Shown here: one piece after another, positions 7,718 to 14,405 of the stretch
How positions within the stretch are numbered: position 1 is the stretch's first letter
Layout: each line of letters starts with the position of its first letter
From: Symploca sp. SIO3C6
GTDB lineage: Bacteria; Cyanobacteriota; Cyanobacteriia; Cyanobacteriales; Coleofasciculaceae
DNA length: 32,000 bases
Reading direction: 5' to 3'
NCBI GenBank assembly: GCA_010692425.1
Contig: JAAHHJ010000019.1
Coordinates: 101,264-133,263, forward strand
Notes under the pieces: generated by a model
The model's database searches: none
What the model was told of the DNA's origin: nothing
What the model saw: the letters and a program-made list of their open reading frames with translations, nothing else
Made by a program: the position numbers and the translations under genes

Positions 7718-10318
7718 TTGATTACCACTCCGCCCAATTTAAATAACTGGCTGGGTAGAAAAGAGGAAATTAGTCAACTGCAAACCTGGCTCTGTGATAC
7801 CACAGTTAACCTGATTGGTATTCAGGGTTTGGGTGGTGTCGGCAAATCGGCTTTGGCGGCTTATGTTTACAAACATATCGAGTTTTCCGATAAATTTTGG
7901 GCAGATATTAGTCAGAAGCCTGATTTTGTCGTCTTTGCTGAGAAGGTAATTACTGCCTTGGGTGGGCAAGTTACTAAGCAAGGAGATATCGACGAATTGA
8001 TTAATGATTTGCTCACCTGCCTTAGTCAGCGTCGGTGTTTGCTGGTGGTGGATAATCTTGAAACCCTGCTCACTCAATCGCGGCAGTGGCAAGATTCAAA
8101 CTATGAGAAATTTTTCAACCGTTGGCTACAGCAGGGAAGTCACAGCACATTGCTACTAACTACCCATGAAAAACCGATTCTGTTTCAAGCACAACCCTGT
8201 TGGTATCTGTTGCCGGGAATGAACATTAGCGATGGTGGGCTACTTTTGCAGCAGTTGGGTATTCAAGAAACTATTGCGCAACTAAAACTATTTTCTCAAG
8301 CAGTGGATGGGCATCCCCTAACCTTGCAGTTAGTGGCTGGTTATTTAAGGGAATACTGTAATAGTCAGTTGAGTGGTGCTTGGGAATTAGGATTAGAGCA
8401 GTTTGAGTTAGTAGCACAAGCCCAAGGACTACACCGGGATAAGCAAGATGTTCGTTTATCGTGGATTTTGCAGCAGCACTTTCAGCGCTTAACCCCTGTG
8501 CAGCACAATTTCCTGGTTAAATTGAGTGTTTATCGGCAAGCATTTAACCACCAAGCGGCTGGTTGGATGTGGGCTTCAGAAACAGAAGCAGTTAAGCCAG
8601 TGGTAGTGCAAAAGGAATTACGGGAACTATTCAACCGCTCCCTATTGCTGGAAACAGAAGATGGAAAGTATCGATTTCAGCCTTTGGTACAACAATATGC
8701 TCAGCAGCAAGGTATTGATATCAATACTGCTCACCAAAAAGCGATCGCATATTATAAATCCAATACTCAACAACCACCCTGGCAGACGCTAGAGGATGCC
8801 AGAGCGTATCTGGAAATTGTCTATCACTACTGTCAATTAGAACAATACCAACAGGCGATTGAATACCTTCAGCAGTCTTTGCAGATTTTTCAAGAAATAG
8901 TCGAGATCTCTGGGATTGTCACTTCTCTGGGTAATCTGAGCAATGTATACAATTCCCTCGGACAATACCAACAGACGATCGAATACTATCAGCAGTCGTT
9001 ACAGATTCAACAAGAAATAGGCGATCACTCTGGGATTGTCACTTCTCTGGGTAATCTGGGCAATGCATATAATTCCCTCGGACAATACCAACAGGCGATA
9101 GAATACTATCAGCAGTCGTTACAGATTGCTCAAGAAATAGGCGAGCGCTCTGGGATTGCCAATTCTCTAGGTAATCTGGGCAATGCATACGATTCCCTAG
9201 GACAATACCAACAGGCGATAGAATACCATCAGCAGTCGTTACAGATTGCTCAAGAAATAGGCGCTCGCTCTGGTATTGCCACTTCTCTCAATAATCTGGG
9301 CAATGCATACAATTCTCTAGGACAATACCAACAGGCGATAGAATACTATCAGCAGTCGTTAGAGATTTTTCAGGAAATAGGCGATCGCTCAGGTATTGCC
9401 AAATCTCTGAATAATCTGGGCAGTGCATACTATTCCCTAGGACAATACCAACAGGCGATAGAATACTATCAGCAGTCGTTACAGATTGATCAAGAAATCG
9501 GCGCTCGCTCTGGGATTGCCAAATCTCTGAATAATCTGGGCAGTGCATACTATTCCCTAGGACAATACCAACAGGCGATAGAATACCTTCAGCAGTCGTT
9601 ACAGATTGATCAAGAAATCGGCGATCGCTCAGGTATTGCCAATTCTCTCAATAATCTGGGCAATGCATACAAATCCCTAGGACAATACCAACAGGCGATA
9701 GAATACTATCAGCAGTCGTTACAGATTTTTCAGGAAATCGGCGATCGCTCTAGAATTGCCTATTCTCTGATTGGTCTGGGCAAAGCATACAATTTCCTCG
9801 GACAATACCAACAGGCGATAGAATACCTTCAGCAATCGTTACAGATTTTTCAGGAAATAGGCGATCGCTCAGGTATTGCCAATTCTCTAGGTAATCTGGG
9901 CAATGCATACAAATCCCTAGGACAATACCAACAGGCGATAGAATACCATCAGCAGTCGTTACAGATTTTTCAAGAAATAGGCGATCGCAAAGGAGAAGCT
10001 AATTCCCTTCAAACTCTAGCAGCTCTGTATCATAAGACTGGCAGAGTGCAGCAAGGATTTGCCACTAGCTATCAAGCTACCCAGATTTTGCAAGAATTTG
10101 AGCTTCCCCTGGATGTTTGGTCTATACCCAAGTGGATGAAATCGATAGCTAAATTTGCTCAACGGGGTAAGTGGCAATTGGTTTTATCCTTTGTTGCAGT
10201 GCTAGTGGCGTTTCCTTTTGCCTTGGTTATATTTGTGCTGTTGATGCTATGGCTACTGTTAAGCGCTCCTCTGAGACGACGCCGAGCTGATAAAGATATT
10301 CACACCCCTACAAATTAA
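7718..10318 (+). CDS. NB-ARC (AP-ATPase/STAND) NTPase with a 10-11 unit TPR array and a C-terminal transmembrane anchor (bacterial NLR-like protein)
   Basis: Walker A is GIQGLGGVGKSALA. Walker B is CLLVVDNLE. The RNBS-B-like motif is LLLTTHEKP and the GLPL-like motif is GHPLTLQLVAG. Tandem 40-aa TPR units follow, then the hydrophobic tail WQLVLSFVAVLVAFPFALVIFVLLMLWLLLSAPL and RRRR. The track start is TTG with no visible SD. The frame is open for 32 codons upstream (from 7622) without ATG or GTG, so translation may enter from the upstream ORF. Confidence 0.85.
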   Translation: MITTPPNLNNWLGRKEEISQLQTWLCDTTVNLIGIQGLGGVGKSALAAYVYKHIEFSDKFWADISQKPDFVVFAEKVITALGGQVTKQGDIDELINDLLTCLSQRRCLLVVDNLETLLTQSRQWQDSNYEKFFNRWLQQGSHSTLLLTTHEKPILFQAQPCWYLLPGMNISDGGLLLQQLGIQETIAQLKLFSQAVDGHPLTLQLVAGYLREYCNSQLSGAWELGLEQFELVAQAQGLHRDKQDVRLSWILQQHFQRLTPVQHNFLVKLSVYRQAFNHQAAGWMWASETEAVKPVVVQKELRELFNRSLLLETEDGKYRFQPLVQQYAQQQGIDINTAHQKAIAYYKSNTQQPPWQTLEDARAYLEIVYHYCQLEQYQQAIEYLQQSLQIFQEIVEISGIVTSLGNLSNVYNSLGQYQQTIEYYQQSLQIQQEIGDHSGIVTSLGNLGNAYNSLGQYQQAIEYYQQSLQIAQEIGERSGIANSLGNLGNAYDSLGQYQQAIEYHQQSLQIAQEIGARSGIATSLNNLGNAYNSLGQYQQAIEYYQQSLEIFQEIGDRSGIAKSLNNLGSAYYSLGQYQQAIEYYQQSLQIDQEIGARSGIAKSLNNLGSAYYSLGQYQQAIEYLQQSLQIDQEIGDRSGIANSLNNLGNAYKSLGQYQQAIEYYQQSLQIFQEIGDRSRIAYSLIGLGKAYNFLGQYQQAIEYLQQSLQIFQEIGDRSGIANSLGNLGNAYKSLGQYQQAIEYHQQSLQIFQEIGDRKGEANSLQTLAALYHKTGRVQQGFATSYQATQILQEFELPLDVWSIPKWMKSIAKFAQRGKWQLVLSFVAVLVAFPFALVIFVLLMLWLLLSAPLRRRRADKDIHTPTN
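8812..9990 (+). repeat. Intragenic tandem repeat with a 120-bp period, about 10 units, encoding 40-aa TPR units
   Basis: The motif ggacaataccaacaggcgatagaatac recurs at 8960, 9080, 9200, 9320, 9440, 9560, 9680, 9800 and 9920, with a diverged copy at 8840. The units are nearly identical at the DNA level. Confidence 0.95.
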
Positions 10319-10378
10319 AATTAAGGGACATTCTTGTCTTTTGTATACCTTAATCGATATAGTTAACGCCAGATTAAT

Positions 10379-10521
10379 CCCTTCACCCGCCTGGGGTTCA
10401 AACCCCAGTCTAATAGCTTAAGTCCTCTAAAAGAGGACTAAACACTAACCCTACATAGATTTCAGTCCATTTTAATGGACTTTTGTTATTAGCCCAGAGT
10501 TTGAACTCTGGGTGGGAAGGG
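10379..10521. mobile_element. MITE-like element of about 143 bp with imperfect terminal inverted repeats of about 29 bp and two internal hairpins
   Basis: The left end is cccttcacccgcctggggttcaaaccccag. The reverse complement of the right end is cccttcccacccagagttcaaactctggg. The internal hairpins are agtcctctaaaagaggact and agtccattttaatggact. Confidence 0.65.
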
Positions 10522-10687
10522 AAGCTGATCAACAACAGTGCAAAATATTAAGTCTAATAGACATCTGGTGAAAAAGAATGTACAGACTCGATACATCGCG
10601 TCTCTACAATGGTTCGGATAACGCATATTTAATTTCTGGAGATGTCTAATGCCATAACCCTTTAGATTATTGAGCCTTTAAATTCAA

Positions 10688-10930
10688 CTATGTAGGTGGG
10701 CCAAAATGATCTGGCAATTCTTCAAAACTAATACCTAATGCCTTGCAAAGAGCTCTCATCTGAGGCACACTCATCATTGCTGGAGACGCTCCCCTTTCCC
10801 AACGACTAATAGTTGCCACAGCTACACCAATCCTAGTCGCCAACTCCTGTTGAGAGAGTCCAGCCGCTTCTCGAAGTCTTTTTAATGGAGACTCACCCTC
10901 CTCCGAGCCTGATTTATCTCTTTTTACCAT
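10688..10930 (-). CDS. XRE-family helix-turn-helix transcriptional regulator
   Basis: 80-aa ORF. LKRLREAAGLSQQELATRIGVAVATISRWERG is a classic HTH_3/XRE signature. Confidence 0.85.
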   Translation of the reverse strand: MVKRDKSGSEEGESPLKRLREAAGLSQQELATRIGVAVATISRWERGASPAMMSVPQMRALCKALGISFEELPDHFGPPT

Positions 10931-10946
10931 AATTTAGGTTTACTAA

Positions 10947-10985
10947 ATATTTTGACTTGATATTTTGACTTGATATTTTGACTAG
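10947..10985. promoter_or_regulatory. Three tandem 13-bp direct repeats (ATATTTTGACTTG), each carrying a TTGACT -35-like hexamer; candidate operator or iteron array
   Basis: Direct reading gives atattttgacttg atattttgacttg atattttgactag. The array starts 17 nt from the XRE start codon, in the divergent intergenic region. Confidence 0.5.
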
Positions 10986-11161
10986 TCTGTTTTATATTTA
11001 GATCGACACCCAAAACAGGCAGATAACCCGAAAGCCATCCTTTCGTCCTTTAGTTACCCTCTTAGAGGTTGGCTTTAATACCTGTCCTTGATTAAGTGTC
11101 ATCTGAAAAGTCGCCACTAAACCAATAATTAGCAAGTGACCCAATAGTCGCCAGATTCACC

Positions 11162-11287
11162 ATGAGAATTTGGTGTACTAACTGGCCAAAACTTCGCCTG
11201 GTAAATTTTCATACTCACCAGCACCACCAGTGCGGCTTATCATCCAATTTTAGTCTTCTCAACATCTACCCCAAGAAATCGCCATGA
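11162..11287 (+). CDS. Hypothetical 41-aa Cys/His-rich peptide, first of three overlapping small ORFs
   Basis: Own translation: [41 protein letters not shown]. Its TGA overlaps the next ATG as ATGA (11284-11287). It is below the track cutoff and there is no homology evidence. Confidence 0.3.
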   Translation: MRIWCTNWPKLRLVNFHTHQHHQCGLSSNFSLLNIYPKKSP

Positions 11288-11550
11288 GGAAATCAAAGGC
11301 GACAGAAGCGCGTCGCGTCATCAAAGATATTGCCGCCATCCGTGCAGCACTCAACCAACACGGCTATCGCCTCCGCAAACATCGCCGACAACTCCTGTGG
11401 AGCATCCTGATCACCCCAGAAAGATCCTATCAGCTAACTTACCAACCTGCGCCCATCAGCGCCTGGGTAATTGAGCCGCAAACCCAGGAAACAAACCACC
11501 AAACCCTCACCACCATTATCAAACTTGCAATTACAGGGAATCAATCATGA
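11284..11550 (+). CDS. Hypothetical basic 88-aa protein
   Basis: Track ORF. It has ATGA overlaps at both ends (11284-11287 and 11547-11550), which suggests translational coupling. Confidence 0.5.
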   Translation: MRKSKATEARRVIKDIAAIRAALNQHGYRLRKHRRQLLWSILITPERSYQLTYQPAPISAWVIEPQTQETNHQTLTTIIKLAITGNQS

Positions 11551-11774
11551 CTTACAAAGACAAACTATTTCCCTGGCGCATCATTCGCCATCTACCCAAC
11601 ATGCAGCGCCTCGTCGTCGCCCGGTTTCGGCGTCGCAATGAAGCAGAAGCCTACCTAAAAACTCTACAAGGACTAATGCCCAACCTGAAACATATCATTA
11701 TTTTCGATATAGAACCAGAAGACACCAACCAAGCTCTTCAAGAAAACAAAAAAATAACCTCGAGCGAGAGTTAG
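11547..11774 (+). CDS. Hypothetical 75-aa protein; W.I.R....Q..VVARF.RR.EAEAYL pattern
   Basis: Track ORF with an ATGA overlap to the upstream ORF. From memory the pattern resembles small proteins seen in cyanobacterial genomes, but this was not verified. Confidence 0.5.
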   Translation: MTYKDKLFPWRIIRHLPNMQRLVVARFRRRNEAEAYLKTLQGLMPNLKHIIIFDIEPEDTNQALQENKKITSSES

Positions 11775-11795
11775 CCATTGGTTTTAACCAATGGC
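11774..11795 (+). terminator. Near-perfect 22-nt palindrome directly after the stop of the third small ORF; either an operon terminator or the IS left-end hairpin
   Basis: The sequence is gccattggtt-tt-aaccaatggc, with 10-bp arms. No strong T-run follows. Confidence 0.3.
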
Positions 11796-11902
11796 AGTGG
11801 AGCGAGATGCGGAATTTATTCCGACGATACTTTGACAAATGTTTTTGTTGTAAAATAATTCTAGGTATCAAAGGAGTTAAGCAATTAAAGGAGGTGATAT
11901 TT

Positions 11903-13151
11903 CTGTACGGATGCCAACAAATACGGATGCCAACAAATAAGGCTTCATCCCGATGAATTATAAAAAGAGATTTTGGTGTTTATCTGTCAGCAAGCTAACA
12001 AGCTAGTTAATTGCGGCATATATTTGTTGAGGCAAGCATTTTTCACCTTTGGTCAAGTAGAACATGATGCCTATTCTCTCCACGCAGAACTTAAAGACAA
12101 TCCTCATTTTAAGATTTTGAGGTCAGCAGTTGCTCAGCAGGTACTCACAGGAGTAGCTGAATCTTTTAAGTCCTATAAAGAGTTGATAAATAAGTTCTTC
12201 AAAGGACAAATATCAGACAAAACCAAGCTGCCCAAATATCGGAAAAAAGACGGCTTGGCTACTATTTCATACCCTGCTAGATGGGTATCATTTTATCTGG
12301 AAACAGGTCAGGTCTTACTTAGTCTGGGCAAGACATTTAAGGAGTGGTTTGGAATTGAACACATTCAAGTGCCACCTCCCTATGGACTTCGTGTCAAAGA
12401 CATTGCCGAGATTCGGATTCTACCTAAAAATGGCTGCTTTTACGCTGAATACACTTACAAAATGCAGCCACAAATTGTGGATTTATCAGACAAGGCTTTA
12501 GGTATAGATCCAGGTTTGAACAACTGGTTAACCTGTGTTTCTACTGACGGAGACAGCTTTATTGTCGATGGCAGGAAAGTTAAAAGTCTTAACCAGTGGT
12601 ACAACAAGCAAGTGGCTAAGGGAAAAAAGAACAAGCCTCAAGATTACTGGGATGAGAAACTAGCTCAACTATCAGAGCGTCGTAATCGCCAGATGAGAGA
12701 TGCGGTTAACAAAGCAGCAAGATTAGTAATTAACTACTGCTTAAGTCATGAGATTGGCACGATTGTCTTTGGCTGGAACCAAGGCAATAAAAACCGTATT
12801 GAAATGGGCAAAAAGAACAACCAAGAGTTTGTAGGAGTGCCTACCGATAAACTCAAAGAACCTGTTACTCAGTTGTACCAACAGTATGGATTAAAATTTA
12901 TTGAAACCGCAGAATCTTACACCTCAAAGAGCAGTTTTTTAGACGGAGATTTCTTGCCAAAATTTGGTGAAAAACCCAAACGGTGGGAGCCATCCGGAAG
13001 ACGAGTATCTAGAGGTATGTATAGGACAAAGGATGGCATTGAAGTTAACGCAGATATTAACGGCGCTGCCAATATTTTGCGCAAAGTAGAGACACAGTTA
13101 AGTGTAAACTTAGCCAAGGTCTGTAGGGTATTTTTGAGGAGTGCCTACTAG
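11903..13151 (+). pseudogene. tnpB: TnpB (RNA-guided RuvC endonuclease family, cyanobacterial zinc-finger-less type) with a damaged 5' end
   Basis: The RuvC triad candidates are GIDPGLNN (D), ETAESYTSK (E) and NADINGAANILRK (D). The N-terminal motif YGCQQ occurs twice because of a 16-bp tandem duplication, tacggatgccaacaaa, at 11906-11921 and 11922-11937. This duplication shifts the frame. An in-frame TAA also lies at 11961-11963. The longest intact ORF is 11973-13151 (TTG start, 392 aa). Confidence 0.7.
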
Positions 13152-13250
13152 ATATAAAATCTGGGAAACTCTCGCGTAGGAGCGTCATTTGAATGCGCTC
13201 TTTTGCAACCGCTTGAATCCTCGTCGTTTTAACGCCAGGAGAGGTCAAAC
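13100..13250 (+). ncRNA. Putative omega-RNA/reRNA scaffold region of the tnpB element
   Basis: This is inferred from position only. TnpB guide RNAs overlap the 3' end of tnpB and run to the transposon right end. The terminal motif here is gcttgaatcctcgtcgttttaacgccaggagaggtcaa. The hairpin looks degenerate compared with the orphan copy. Confidence 0.3.
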
Positions 13251-13349
13251 CACCAATTGACTACTAGTTGTCCCAATGAAAATCACTAAAACCGAATTTC
13301 AGATCAATTGCAATATGTTCAGCTTACTCTATGGGATGTTTTAGGGCTA

Positions 13350-13383
13350 CTGAAAACCCACCCTTCAACTCTCGTAAGGGTGG
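13350..13383 (-). terminator. Rho-independent terminator candidate for the DUF72 gene
   Basis: An 8-bp stem joins ccaccctt (13358-13365) with aagggtgg (13376-13383), around a 10-nt loop. It is followed on the minus strand by gttttc and lies 6 nt after the stop codon. Confidence 0.55.
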
Positions 13384-13388
13384 TTAGT

Positions 13389-14249
13389 TTAAAATAAACT
13401 AAGCTGAGTGGGAAAATTTTCAATTTTATTCCAAGGCAAAGGCGGAACTATTGCACTACGCTCTTCAAGCAACTGCTGAAAGTAACGAGCATTTCCAGGC
13501 GAATACTTCTCGATTGGACAGTGAACAAAAAAGTAAACGCGCTTGCCCAAACGCAACCAGTTGTCAACCAGACTTGCCCATTCTTGCATAAATGACTGAT
13601 TGATCTCCTGTCTAGGATGGCTAATCAAACGCACCAAACTAAAGGAAGCAGTCACTACAGGTTGCAATGGCAGTTTAGGCTTTCGCACTTCCAAAGGCTT
13701 GCCGTCACTACCTGGTTGACTATATGCTGGTCTAGTATCTAAGAGTACTCTTCCTATACCCATTTGTTGCAGTAGGGCATTGAGTTGACTAGCGTGAGGT
13801 TCTTTAAACCAGTCAGGATGGCGGGCTTCTATCGCTAAAGGTACTCCACTCTGAGTCCAAGCACTAAGAAAAATTGCTAAATCTTCTAAGTAGGCTGGTT
13901 GATAACTAGGTGGCAGTTGAGCAAAGATTGGTCCTAAATGCTTACCAAAACCTTGCATTTGCTCTAAAAATTCTAAGGCACCAGTAATCGAGGGTTGCAA
14001 CAAGCCATTGTGAGTTAGTTGTCGCGGTAGTTTTGGGCAAAATTCAAAGCCTGGCTGCATTTTCGATACCCAACGCCTCACAGTTTCCTGGTTAGGTACT
14101 GAGTAAAAAGTTGTATTGCCTTCAACTGTGCTAAATCTCTGGGAGTAAAGGGTTAGAAATTCTGCGGCTTTACTGCCTTGAGGATAAAGTTCACCAACCC
14201 AGTCTTTGTAAGCCCAAACAGCACAGCCGATTAAAAAAGTCATGATCAA
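13389..14249 (-). CDS. DUF72 (UPF0759/YecE-like) family protein
   Basis: 286-aa ORF. The N-terminus FLIGCAVWAYKDWVGELYP...FLTLYSQRFSTVEGNTTFY is typical of DUF72. Confidence 0.75.
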   Translation of the reverse strand: MIMTFLIGCAVWAYKDWVGELYPQGSKAAEFLTLYSQRFSTVEGNTTFYSVPNQETVRRWVSKMQPGFEFCPKLPRQLTHNGLLQPSITGALEFLEQMQGFGKHLGPIFAQLPPSYQPAYLEDLAIFLSAWTQSGVPLAIEARHPDWFKEPHASQLNALLQQMGIGRVLLDTRPAYSQPGSDGKPLEVRKPKLPLQPVVTASFSLVRLISHPRQEINQSFMQEWASLVDNWLRLGKRVYFFVHCPIEKYSPGNARYFQQLLEERSAIVPPLPWNKIENFPTQLSLF

Positions 14250-14405
14250 TGAAGAATAAATAATTAAAGAATTTACTCAAGTGAGAGCATGAGATTGATA
14301 CATTATAAAGAAAATGCAAGATAAACTTTAAGTAGTACTCAAAGATAAATATAGCAGTACGTATTAAGGTTAGGACAAACTGAATCGCTAGAACTTTGTC
14401 AAATT

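Larger units (their letters stand above)
11800..13250 (+). mobile_element. IS200/IS605-family, IS1341/IS891-type element carrying tnpB only (no tnpA); boundaries approximate
   Basis: A TTGACA-17-ATAATT promoter-like site lies at 11832-11860 and AAGGAGG at 11888-11894. These are followed by the tnpB reading frame and about 100 nt of 3' non-coding sequence ending in a conserved hairpin-like motif. That motif is also found as an orphan copy at 7019-7078. Confidence 0.6.

Noticed and set aside
7718-7720. TTG at 7718 as the genuine independent start of the NB-ARC gene
   Set aside because: I did not fully reject this. I downgraded it because there is no SD-like sequence upstream. In addition, 32 open codons precede it, and the slippery-site and stem arrangement offers a better explanation. 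It stays as the listed coordinate because it is the only in-frame start codon.
9288-9548. Minus-strand 86-aa ORF with its own internal repeat (MHCPDYSEIWQ...)
   Set aside because: It is an antisense reading of the 120-bp TPR repeat array. Its periodicity simply mirrors the sense-strand repeats.
8812-9990. Possible CRISPR array suggested by regular repeats
   Set aside because: The units are contiguous 120-bp coding repeats with no unique spacers, and they sit in frame inside a TPR protein. The 7-8 nt arrays elsewhere are far too short. No cas genes are present.
10390-10412. tRNA gene suggested by a perfect T-arm-like hairpin (TGGGG-TTCAAAC-CCCCA)
   Set aside because: No matching acceptor stem, D-arm or anticodon arm can be drawn around it. 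A diverged inverted copy lies 100 bp away, so it is part of a MITE terminal repeat.
10558-10648. A 9-bp inverted repeat (tagacatct / agatgtcta) enclosing an imperfect hairpin, possibly a second tiny MITE
   Set aside because: The arms are too short and it is a single instance. This cannot be distinguished from chance without genome-wide copies.
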